NCBI RefSeq assembly: GCF_009729055.1
Contig: NZ_CP045484.1
Span: 2,149,834-2,181,833 of the forward strand
Length of the DNA: 32,000 bases
Source: Sulfurisphaera ohwakuensis
Lineage (GTDB): Archaea; Thermoproteota; Thermoprotei_A; Sulfolobales; Sulfolobaceae
Direction: 5' to 3'
Below are positions 1-9,308 of this stretch, in pieces (positions within the stretch are counted from its first letter, which is position 1; every line of letters starts with the position of its first letter). The notes beneath the pieces were generated by a model. That model saw only the letters and a list, made by a program, of their open reading frames with translations. It searched no databases and was not told the origin of the DNA. The position numbers and the translations under genes are program-made.

Positions 1-1959
1 TGGTTTTTTAAACTTAACATCAGCAGTTACCGGATCCCCACCCGTGATTCGTTTAAACCTATCAATATCATCAATACTATACTTTTTAGTTTCACTAGTT
101 ACATTAGCTAACTTGCGAAACAGATTAAATGTTGAAAATCTGTTGTTCGGATCAAACAGCTCTCGTGTTGGTACTGCAGAATAATTATTATCATCACCTA
201 AGATATCTTCCATGAGTTTTATGAATGTAGTCTTTCCCGCGTCTGTGTCTCCTAATAACATAAAAGCTTTCTTAAACTTGATATCTGGATATAATGTATA
301 ACCAATTATTTCGAATAATGTTATCCATTTGTCCCCTACCCATTGCTTGAAGGCCTCTAAACTTTTCGGACAAACATTACGTGCTAAATTCTCAATATCT
401 TCTATGCTTATCTCTCCTTTCCCTCGTGCAATTTCATTAGCCTTGATTAATTCCTCAACCTTAATTTTGTGGGGTATGTAATGAAAAGCAAATTTGCTCT
501 CATCACGGTCAAATATTAGATTTGGTTTGCTATCTACCCACTCTAACGTAACATTAGGAAACGCTATCCTCAGCGGTGCTTTAGGCAAAAGCGTGAGGGT
601 TATATCCCTAATTTCATCAACTATTGAATCAACAACTGATGAAAGTACCTTAACCATCTTTACCTTCTTTTTCTCTTTTTCGGAATCGGAAACTATCATT
701 GACTGCAATAATTCGATCTCTCTTCTTACTAACTTTCTCAACCTGGTTTCATACGGCTCATAAACCCCGTGCTTTTTGTTCCATTTGAATATCCCGATTA
801 TCGAATCACTGTCTCCACTGATCTGGTAGAACGTCTTTATCTTATATTTCTTTAGAATGATTTCAGATACGGTTTCTTGAACTTCAGCCTTTATTTCTGA
901 AACCTTTTCTGCTCTAACTAAATTCTTCTTAAGTCGTATGTACTCCTTTGCACGTTCCCACGCTTTCTTTAATGTGATATAAAAGTATTTTTCCGCATTC
1001 CATTTTTCGTTTTCTTTAGCTTTCGAATCTGATGGTAATAATTGGAGTATTTTATCTGGATCAGCCACACCGTGAGTTAGTAGGTAGAAGATTATACGCC
1101 AATCCCCTCTACTCCTATCAATGCCTATATCAGCGTAACTTTTGCCTTCACAGATCACCTCTTTTATCATCTCAGGTGGGGTCTTATTACAAATCTCCTC
1201 TTTGACTTTTTCAATAGTTTTACCGTTATCGTGCTTTATCAACTCTTTCTTCAATTCTTCAAACTCCTTTAACTCATGCGTAACTTCTTCCTTCTCCCCC
1301 TCTATCCACGCCCGTGCTGAACTGCTTAATTCAATCCCTAACTTCTTACCCTTCTCGGCTAAGAACTTCAGTAGTCCTTTGAGGTCAACCCTGGATATTT
1401 CATTATTATTTAATGGTATATAGCACGTGGTGTAGTCTTGTCCTCTCCATGGACATTTGTCAGTATTGCAGTGTTTGTGGTTGATGCACGATTCCGGGCC
1501 TACAACATAACTGTTAAAGCTCTGTAGGTCAGCAATACCTTTACCCTCTCTAACAAACACGGGGTTGAACTTATGCTCTGGAATATCATCAGCGATCAAG
1601 TAAACGTGTAATCCCCCGTGAGGAGTATCAACGCAGAGCGTGTTTTTACATAGTTTGTTAAGCTCATCTTCACCGACCCACGCCTTTAGTAGTTCCTTAT
1701 CTTCAAAGTCCAGGATTACCAAACCACGCTGACCGCCCGGTACTGCATAATTATAACCTTTCTCGATCATTTCTAAGTATTGTTTCTTCTCTTCATCAGT
1801 CAGCGGGGTCGTGCTATACTTTTGCCATTCCTTAATCACGGGTTTCTTAGTTTCCGGGTCTATTGGGAATATTGAAATACCGTGATCAATGAGCCATTTT
1901 GCCCATTCTACCCTGGAATTAGGTTTTTTTATTTCATTATCAGAGATATTATTAGCCAT
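1..1959 (-). CDS. repA: Plasmid replication protein RepA (pRN1 ORF904-like): N-terminal primase-polymerase domain plus C-terminal SF3 helicase; C-terminus cut by the window edge
   Basis: My own translation of the minus strand from the ATG at 1959-1957 gives 653 codons with no stop down to position 1 (MANNISDNEIKKPNSRVEWAKWLIDHGISIFPID...). It contains prim-pol-like motifs (GLVILDFEDKE, TPHGGLHVY), a Cys/His cluster (CINHKHCNTDKCPW) and a Walker A motif (GDTDAGKTT). It is missing from the ORF track because no stop falls inside the window. Confidence 0.85.
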   Translation of the reverse strand, partial: MANNISDNEIKKPNSRVEWAKWLIDHGISIFPIDPETKKPVIKEWQKYSTTPLTDEEKKQYLEMIEKGYNYAVPGGQRGLVILDFEDKELLKAWVGEDELNKLCKNTLCVDTPHGGLHVYLIADDIPEHKFNPVFVREGKGIADLQSFNSYVVGPESCINHKHCNTDKCPWRGQDYTTCYIPLNNNEISRVDLKGLLKFLAEKGKKLGIELSSSARAWIEGEKEEVTHELKEFEELKKELIKHDNGKTIEKVKEEICNKTPPEMIKEVICEGKSYADIGIDRSRGDWRIIFYLLTHGVADPDKILQLLPSDSKAKENEKWNAEKYFYITLKKAWERAKEYIRLKKNLVRAEKVSEIKAEVQETVSEIILKKYKIKTFYQISGDSDSIIGIFKWNKKHGVYEPYETRLRKLVRREIELLQSMIVSDSEKEKKKVKMVKVLSSVVDSIVDEIRDITLTLLPKAPLRIAFPNVTLEWVDSKPNLIFDRDESKFAFHYIPHKIKVEELIKANEIARGKGEISIEDIENLARNVCPKSLEAFKQWVGDKWITLFEIIGYTLYPDIKFKKAFMLLGDTDAGKTTFIKLMEDILGDDNNYSAVPTRELFDPNNRFSTFNLFRKLANVTSETKKYSIDDIDRFKRITGGDPVTADVKFKKP

Positions 1960-1979
1960 TGCCACGCCCCCCTTCTTCC

Positions 1980-2189
1980 TTATTTTTTCATTTCAACATA
2001 GCCAAACAGTGCCTCACATTCTAGCATTCCCGTTTCGCATAACCACCTAAGCTTTTCGTAAGCCCTTCTTGATCTCCACCACGACCAATTATATTGCATT
2101 TCTAAATCTATTCTTGAGACTTTTCCCTTTTGTTTCAATAGTTCAATTGCTTTTTCTAGATCCGGATCGTTTACCTTTAACTCACCCAC
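1980..2189 (-). CDS. Small hypothetical protein directly upstream of repA, in the position of the plasmid copy-control/DNA-binding gene
   Basis: A 69-aa ORF ends 21 nt before the repA start on the same strand. It is basic and Trp-rich (NWSWWRSRRAYEKLRWL). I do not recognise a family. Confidence 0.4.
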   Translation of the reverse strand: MGELKVNDPDLEKAIELLKQKGKVSRIDLEMQYNWSWWRSRRAYEKLRWLCETGMLECEALFGYVEMKK

Positions 2190-2413
2190 TTTTTAGCCAC
2201 CCCAATAATTGGGCTTTTTAAAAACCCCCTTTCCGAATATTCTATACTATATCTGTTATTTTTTCTATGTTTTAATATATTGTAGGAATTTATGCCATAA
2301 ATTCTGAATTTTTTACTAAACCCCTTCTTCACTCACTCACCCACTAAAATACATGAAAATCTTTAAATACCCCGACACGTGCTTTTTGAATTTTTTGCAG
2401 TAAACTGGGGAGT

Positions 2414-2731
2414 TTATTCAAATTTTTTAAAAACAAAGTTATCGTAAATCCTATCTATGATTTCCTTAGCCTTATAGTCCACGTGGCTCATTATTTCCTC
2501 TAAAATTTTGAAGAAATGTTTAGCCTCATCTTTGTCTTTAGGATTTAGCATTTCGAAAGCCTTAACATAATATTCCAGGTCTTTAACCAAATACTCCTCA
2601 AAATCCTTACCCCAAAACTCAACACACTTGGTATACCACTCCTTAAGCACGGCTAAGGCTGAAGGAGTTAAGTAAAAAACAGATTCCCTTACCTTAACCC
2701 AATTATCCCCGAATTGGATTTTTCCGTTCAC
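2414..2731 (-). CDS. Hypothetical plasmid protein (105 aa)
   Basis: The ORF has non-biased composition. Its GTG start lies inside the GTGAACGGAA repeat array, so the true start is uncertain. Confidence 0.4.
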   Translation of the reverse strand: MNGKIQFGDNWVKVRESVFYLTPSALAVLKEWYTKCVEFWGKDFEEYLVKDLEYYVKAFEMLNPKDKDEAKHFFKILEEIMSHVDYKAKEIIDRIYDNFVFKKFE

Positions 2732-2813
2732 TTTCCGTTCACTAAGTTTACATACTTTCCGTACTATATAAATCTTCTGGTGAACGGAATGTTTATATAA
2801 AGAGTGAACGGAA
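2722..2813. promoter_or_regulatory. Divergent promoter region with four exact copies of a 10-nt motif (GTGAACGGAA / TTCCGTTCAC) around two TATA-like boxes
   Basis: TTCCGTTCAC occurs at 2722-2731 and 2733-2742 (11-nt period). A degenerate TTCCGTAC lies at 2757-2764. GTGAACGGAA occurs at 2780-2789 and 2804-2813. TATA-like boxes ctatataaa (about 2765) and tttatataaa (about 2792) lie between them. Confidence 0.5.
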
Positions 2814-2998
2814 ATAATGCTATGGTAAAACTATCTGCTAAAAAAGGCGGTCGTGGAGAAGAGACTTATTATTTGAATGTACCACGTGAAATTGTAAAGT
2901 CCTTAGGCTTATCTAAAGGTGATGAATTTATATTAAGTGTGGAAACTAAAGACGGCGAAATTATATTATGCTATAAGAGGGTAAAGAAAAGCACGTGA
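2804..2998 (+). CDS. AbrB/SpoVT-type (swapped-hairpin) DNA-binding protein; the true start is possibly the ATG at 2822
   Basis: The segment LNVPREIVKSLGLSKGDEFILSVETKDGEIIL matches the typical AbrB/SpoVT pattern (IP.eir..lgl..Gd.l.v....g.i.l). The GTG start at 2804 is part of the repeated motif. Confidence 0.6.
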   Translation: MNGNNAMVKLSAKKGGRGEETYYLNVPREIVKSLGLSKGDEFILSVETKDGEIILCYKRVKKST

Positions 2999-3163
2999 TT
3001 TTTCTCTTTCACCATCACCACGCCCGCTTTTTTCCTCTTCACCGGGCTTTGGGGGGGCGGGGGGCACAGAATCGGTCGAAAAACAAAACAGATGGACAGA
3101 CAGTTTGGTTAGGTGGGGTTAAGGGCGGTAGCCCTTATAGACTGTTGATAGAGAGTCAGGGTA

Positions 3164-3279
3164 TAAGCAGTTATGTTAAGGATATGGACAGACTAAAGAT
3201 AGAAAACAAACCATGGTATAAGCAGTTATGTACAGAGGTTTTAAGAAAAAATGTGTCGGAATAGAGTCTAAGCAGTTAT
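3164..3279 (+). repeat. Three direct copies of TAAGCAGTTAT (iteron-like) in the plasmid non-coding region
   Basis: Exact 11-mers at 3164-3174, 3219-3229 and 3269-3279 (spacing 55 and 50 nt). The first two share a 17-nt match, GGTATAAGCAGTTATGT. G-tracts at 3051-3065 and 3328-3341 flank the set. Confidence 0.55.
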
Positions 3280-3487
3280 ATTGGTTTTGAAGGGAATTAA
3301 GGGGAATAATTTGCACGGTAGTGCAAAGCGGGGGCGGGGGCTAAAATGTATAAGCCTTTAGGCTTTAATTGGGGTGTATTTGTATGTATAAATGAACCCA
3401 CGGCGTGGTGTACGAATTTTTTGTTAATTCGTTTCAGTAATATTACCGTAAATATTTATAATAATATTAAGGTAATATTATGGTAAT

Positions 3488-4105
3488 ATGCAGAAGGCTA
3501 AGAGTAAGAAGAAGGAGAGGTATATAGATAGGTGGTTGAAGGGAAAGAAACGAATGTCGATTATAATGCGTGAAGAAGAGTATAACATAATTAAGCAGTT
3601 CTGTGATTCGAATAGGATTAGTTACCGCGAATTCTTTGTAAGTATTGCACCACGGCTCTTGAAAGAGAATGAGGAGTTGAAGAAGACTATGGCAGAGAAG
3701 GACTCGCAAATTAATGACCTAACTGCAAAGTATAATTCTCTTGTTGAGAAATATAACACATTAGTTGAGAAGTATAAGCAGTTAAAGGGAGAGTATGAGG
3801 ATACCACGCGTGATTACGAGAATTTGCTAAATGAATATAATAAATTGAAGGGTGAACTGTCCAGGGTTTCGAATGAACTTGAGGAGACTAAGCAAAGGCT
3901 TAGGGAAAAGGAGAACTCGTTAAATGCGTTAACCGGGGAGTTAACGAAACTGAAGGAAATATTGGATATACTAACTCACGGGCGTGTTGAAGTGCCGGTC
4001 GAGTATTGTGAAAAGCTTAAGCCTTACGGTTTCCATCTAGCGACTAAAGAGGTAAGCACGGGGTTTATGAAGAAGTCGTATGTTGAAATTTGCACTAACG
4101 AGTAA
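3488..4105 (+). CDS. Plasmid protein with an N-terminal ribbon-helix-helix-like segment and a long coiled coil
   Basis: MSIIMREEEYNIIKQFCDSNRISYREFF resembles an RHH strand plus helix. It is followed by about 120 aa of heptad-like, repeat-rich sequence (KYNSLVEKYNTLVEKYKQLKGEYE...EYNKLKGELSRVSNELEETKQRLREKENSL). Confidence 0.55.
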   Translation: MQKAKSKKKERYIDRWLKGKKRMSIIMREEEYNIIKQFCDSNRISYREFFVSIAPRLLKENEELKKTMAEKDSQINDLTAKYNSLVEKYNTLVEKYKQLKGEYEDTTRDYENLLNEYNKLKGELSRVSNELEETKQRLREKENSLNALTGELTKLKEILDILTHGRVEVPVEYCEKLKPYGFHLATKEVSTGFMKKSYVEICTNE

Positions 4106-4114
4106 ACTCCCCAG

Positions 4115-4390
4115 TTACCGCTTAATCTTCTTTAAAATTTCAGCTTTTTTCTCCTTTCTTCTCTGTAACTCTCTCTTATACTCCTCTAAACCCTTTTTCG
4201 AAACAAAATATACTACTATTCTTTTACCCTGGGCTTTAATGGAGTCACGGTACTTTAGCACGCCGAATTTCTTCAATTCCATAATGTAATGCTTAGCCGT
4301 GTTTATTGAGCCCAGGGTATTAACAATCTCTTCATAACTGATTATACGCCTCTTTTCCAGGGTTTTAACTAACTTCTCTTTTTTACTCAT
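4115..4390 (-). CDS. Small basic DNA-binding protein (winged-helix-like); possibly the PlrA/ORF80-type protein of pRN plasmids
   Basis: A 91-aa protein with a basic N-terminus, an HTH-like core (ISYEEIVNTLGSINTAKHYIMELKKFGVL) and a Lys/Arg-rich tail. The PlrA assignment rests on size, position and memory only. Confidence 0.45.
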   Translation of the reverse strand: MSKKEKLVKTLEKRRIISYEEIVNTLGSINTAKHYIMELKKFGVLKYRDSIKAQGKRIVVYFVSKKGLEEYKRELQRRKEKKAEILKKIKR

Positions 4391-4640
4391 TCATATCCCC
4401 ATGTGAACGCTTTAATTCCTTAACCTCTCTCTCGAATTCACGTAGAGCCTCTTCAATAATGGGCCATGCTTTTTCGCCCAGGGTTTGAACGAGTTTCTCA
4501 CACCTATCATCACTAATAACTCGTAACCTTTTTGCGTTATATGCAGCACGCCTTGTATAGCCTACTCTTTCTAAGTCCTCAATATTTGCGATTTCCAATA
4601 AACGTTTCTTATACTGTTGAGGCAAGAATTCACAAACCAT
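4383..4640 (-). CDS. Hypothetical plasmid protein (85 aa), overlaps the downstream gene by 8 nt
   Basis: The ORF has balanced composition and its ATG sits directly after a CCCC-centred palindrome. I recognise no family. Confidence 0.45.
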   Translation of the reverse strand: MVCEFLPQQYKKRLLEIANIEDLERVGYTRRAAYNAKRLRVISDDRCEKLVQTLGEKAWPIIEEALREFEREVKELKRSHGDMNE

Positions 4641-4737
4641 TCATATCCCCATATGAACATGTGATTTCTAAGTATTTAAGCTTTGTCATATGGGGATATG
4701 AACGTGATTTAATAAGAATTAACCTCTTAATGTATAT

Positions 4738-5649
<912 letters not shown>

Positions 5650-5905
5650 TCTTAGTATTGATAAAACTTCATTTATGCCACAAAACTGCGGTTAAGAGGC
5701 ACTACTTCTATATCACTAGCTGACCTTGTAACCGTAAGACAAAGGAAATAATCTCTTTCCCTCATTCTTAATCTTCTTGCTAACCTTAAGGAGTTAGGTT
5801 AGTGCATAATAGTGACTTTCTTCTAGTCTATCAAGTTTAAGTGGTTAAACTATTAACTTACGTAGAGTTAAACATTTATATTAGTAGAATTTTATAAGTA
5901 ATAAT

Positions 5906-6123
5906 ATGGAAAAGTATAGGGTAAAGGTTTATAAAAAGGGATAATAGTCATCCCAAAAGAAATAAGGGAAAAAATAGGAATAAAGGAAGGAGATATATTA
6001 GAGTTAAAAGTCAACGGAAATAAGATAGATATAGGGAAACCCATGACACTCTTAGATCTCTTTGGGGTTGACGGAAAAGTAGCTGTAGAAGTTGCTAAAG
6101 AGGTTATTAAGGAAAGGAGGTAA
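5906..6123 (+). pseudogene. AbrB/SpoVT-type antitoxin (VapB-like), frameshifted
   Basis: MEKYRVKVYKKG runs into a stop. The reading continues in another frame as IIVIPKEIREKIGIKEGDILELKVNGNKI...KERR*. One extra base in the A5G3 run (about 5935-5942) restores a continuous AbrB fold. A TATA-like tttatatt lies about 25 nt upstream of the ATG. Confidence 0.6.
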
Positions 6124-6127
6124 GAAG

Positions 6128-6533
6128 TTGAAAGAGAAATACGTTCTTGATACAGGGCCTCTATCTTTATTATTCGCTGGAAATAAAGAAATCAAGCAAT
6201 ATTTTGAAAAAAATGTATAGTGGAAGAATAGAAATTTATATGAGTGAAGTAAATTTAGCTGAATTTCTCTACCTATATATTCTAAAAATGGGAAAGGAAA
6301 TCGCAATTGCTAGACATAGATATATTTTTAGAAATTCTCCAATTAAGATCTTAGCTCCAAATGAAAATATAACCCAAAGTACAGCAATATTAAAGAGCAA
6401 ATATCATTATCTTTCTTTAGCTGATGTATTTCTTATAGCTACAGTGAAAGAAATTGGAGGTAAAATTATTACTACAGATGAAGATATAGAAAAAACTAAA
6501 GAAGTTGAAGTAATAATGATCTCTTTAGATTAA
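6128..6533 (+). pseudogene. PIN-domain toxin (VapC-like), frameshifted
   Basis: From the TTG start, MKEKYVLDTGPLSLLFAGNKEIKQYFEKNV ends in a stop. The rest of the PIN domain (YSGRIEIYMSEVNLAEF...LSLADVFLIATVKEIGGKIITTDEDI) is in the frame of track ORF 6147-6533. Removing one A from the A7 run (about 6212-6218) joins the two parts. Confidence 0.65.
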
Positions 6534-6647
6534 AATAAAGAATTTAAAGGTATCTTTAATAGTAGAAACTAAATGTTAGCACACCTGGCTAATGAGCTGA
6601 AGAGTGTTTACTTTAACTAAATCTGTTTAAATCTTGCTCTACCCATT

Positions 6648-7844
6648 CTACTCTTTAGTATACTTATCTATGATCCTCCTTACAGACTCAGCTACATTAT
6701 CCCAGCTGGAGTGAAGATTGAGAAAGTTTAAAAGATTCTCCTCATTCATAATACCTTCTATTTCTCCTTCGCTCATAGAAAGTATTGATAGAGATTCTTT
6801 TGCCATGCTTTCTTTATCAAACTCCCTTACTATTCTTACTGCATTTAACCCTTTATATACTGTTCTTATTGCTGGAATATCATAAGCCACTACTGGTGTA
6901 CCTAAAGCTAAAGACTCGAGAACTACCAAGGAAAATCCGTCAACATGAGAAGGATATATAAACAATTTAGCTCTAGAAACAATCTCATAGAGTTTTCTCC
7001 TCTCAACAAAGCCTAAATAATCAACGTTTAAACTGTATTTTTTCACTTTTCTCCAGAATCTTCTCTCGTTAAATTTATCAAAAAACTTCCCCATAACAAC
7101 TAATTTGAAGTTTTTTCCAGACATCTTATTTATCATGTGGACTACGTCTAATAGTTCTGCTATTCCTTTATCTTGATTCAATCTGCTCCAAAATACTATG
7201 TAATCCTCTTTTCCTTTATTTCTATGATCCAAAAGTTCTTTATCAAATGCATTTCCAGGTTTTATTACCTCACCCTTTAAGCCAGATATCTCTAAAGTCC
7301 CCTCACTCACAGCTGCGATAAAAGTGGGGTTTGTCTTCTTTATTAGTCTCTTATATAATGGTTTTGCATACAACTCATTATACAAAAACCTCGTATGAAA
7401 ACCTTTTCCAGTATACGGGTTTATTCCGTAGAACTTTATCAATCTTTTAAGATATGTTAACGAGTCATCATAAAATAACGGTTCATGAAGTGTTAGCCCA
7501 AATTTTTTTGTTCTTTTACCTAGGTAGAAAATTTCTGGAGATCTGTGGTCTGGCTCATAAAGCAAATCTATGTTATTTACGTCGTAGTAACGTAGCAGCT
7601 CCTTAGGCTTTCTTCTATTTTCAAGAAAAGTATAAAATTCATCAGCAATCTTGATTCCCATAATTTCCAGTTCCTTAGCTTTTCTTTCTATATCCTCGAT
7701 TTTCCATCTGAAGACTAATGTTGAAGGGTAATATATGATTTTGTAATACTTCTTTAACCTAGTTATTACCTCAAAAGAGTGAACAGCACCTCCGCCTGCA
7801 AAGGTAGGAGAAAGCAAATTATCATAAATTATTCCTAAATTCAT
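6648..7844 (-). CDS. Glycosyltransferase, GT4 / group 1 family
   Basis: A 398-aa protein with the C-terminal GT-B signature region (LFIYPSHVDGFSLVVLESLALGTPVVAYDIPA), which is E-x7-E-like. Confidence 0.8.
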   Translation of the reverse strand: MNLGIIYDNLLSPTFAGGGAVHSFEVITRLKKYYKIIYYPSTLVFRWKIEDIERKAKELEIMGIKIADEFYTFLENRRKPKELLRYYDVNNIDLLYEPDHRSPEIFYLGKRTKKFGLTLHEPLFYDDSLTYLKRLIKFYGINPYTGKGFHTRFLYNELYAKPLYKRLIKKTNPTFIAAVSEGTLEISGLKGEVIKPGNAFDKELLDHRNKGKEDYIVFWSRLNQDKGIAELLDVVHMINKMSGKNFKLVVMGKFFDKFNERRFWRKVKKYSLNVDYLGFVERRKLYEIVSRAKLFIYPSHVDGFSLVVLESLALGTPVVAYDIPAIRTVYKGLNAVRIVREFDKESMAKESLSILSMSEGEIEGIMNEENLLNFLNLHSSWDNVAESVRRIIDKYTKE

Positions 7845-7970
7845 GTTAATGTATAAAATTAATGAGTTATATAGTCTTTTTCATAATATACAAAGGAGTA
7901 AAATGAATTATTTAGCTTAAGATATTGAAAGCTAAGTAGATAATGGAATTAACAAGATATTCTGTATTAT

Positions 7971-9308
7971 AAAGTTTAGGGGTTCAAAGGGGGCGAAAAA
8001 CCTCGCCAGTGGGGATGGATAGCCCCCTTTGTAGAAATATTTTTTAATCCACTCTCGAACATTTTATTAATGCCCAACGTAGGGTTCCGCTTTCGTGCAT
8101 ATGCTGACGATCAAACAATTAGGGCGTTAAAAGCCCAGTTGAGGTTAGCATGTGAGATGTACAACACCCTACGTTGGGCAGATATCTATTTCTACCAAAG
8201 GGACGGAAAGGGTCTTACACAAACGGAGTTAAGACAGCTCGCTCTAGATCTAAGAAAGCAAGATAAGGAGTACCAACAACTCTACTCACAAGTAGTACAG
8301 CAAATTGCCGATCGTTATTACGATGCTAGGGATAGGTTCTTCAAAGGTCTAGCACACTTTCCTAAGGAGAAGAAACCCCATAAGTACTACTCTCTTGTTT
8401 ACCCACAAAGTGGGTGGAAAATACTTGAGAGCAGGGAAATAAGGACTAAGAGTAGGAAGAATAAGAAGAAGCTGGTGTTATTGAGGTTATCAAATCTCGG
8501 CGTGTTTAAGGTCATTGTTCATAGGGACTTCCCGCTTGACAAAGTAAAGAGGGTGGTAGTTAAACTAACACGTTCAGAGAGAGTGTACATCTCCTTCATG
8601 GTTGAAGGTGTTGGATTCTCTCAACTCCCAAAGACTGGTAAGGTAGTTGCAATAGATGTTGGGGTAGAGAAACTCCTAACCACGAGTGATGGATTCTATT
8701 TCCCTAACTTGAGACCTTATGAGAAGGCACTTGAGAAGATAAGGAAACTCCACAAGGTTCTCTCGAGGAAAGAGTTCTTGTCGAAAAATTGGTTTAAAGC
8801 AAAAGTGAAGTTAGCTAGGGGTTATGAACACTTGAAGAACTTGAGACAAGACCTCTATATGAAGTTGGGTAAGTGGTTCGCACAACATTATGACGTTGTA
8901 GTAATGGAGGATATAGATGTTAAACAACTGGTGGAGGAGTCAGAAAGGAAGTTGAGGATGAGGTTGCATGATGTTGCATTCCATGAGTTGAAGAGAATAC
9001 TAGAATATCAGTTGGAAAAATATGGAAAGAAACTGTTGTTAATAAACCCAGCATATACTTCAAAGATGTGTGCCAAATGCGGGTACGTAAAGAAAGAGTT
9101 AACTTTGACTGACCGTGTGTTCAGCTGTCCTAAGTGCGGTTGGGTTACTGATCGTGACTATAACGCTTCCTTAAACATATTGAAGAGATCGGGGTGGGAG
9201 CCATCCTTAGTGCCTGTGGAGCTCTACCCTCTACCCGTAGCGAAAAGCTACGGGCAAGGTGGGGCTATGAAGCAGGAAGCTCCGCCCTTCAGGGCGGGGG
9301 TAGCTCAC
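7971..9308 (+). mobile_element. IS200/IS605-family, TnpB-only (IS1341-like) element, copy 1 (1338 bp), probably defective
   Basis: About 98% identical to 26509-27851. Identity with copy 2 starts after a shared flanking TTAT and ends at ...GTAGCTCAC. There are no terminal inverted repeats and no tnpA. Differences from copy 2 are a 9-nt to 3-nt replacement in the left-end hairpin (8008-8010) and one extra G at 9296-9300. Confidence 0.8.

Noticed and set aside
494-1423. Plus-strand track ORFs 494-763 and 1142-1423
   Set aside because: They lie antisense to the continuous 653-codon repA reading frame. Their products are low-complexity Ser/Leu/Phe-rich sequence typical of shadow ORFs.
2995-3264. 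Track ORF of 89 aa (MIFLFHHHHARFF...)
   Set aside because: It spans G-tracts and the iteron-like repeats, has an odd composition and lacks a convincing start context. It is better explained as non-coding control DNA, although conservation was not testable.
5781-5803. Hairpin CTAACCT-N9-AGGTTAG downstream of the tRNA half-site
   Set aside because: It is a short stem with no T-tract or recognisable RNA context. It could be incidental.
6052-6306. Minus-strand 84-aa ORF across the vapB/vapC junction
   Set aside because: It is antisense to recognisable AbrB and PIN domain coding sequence and its product has no features.
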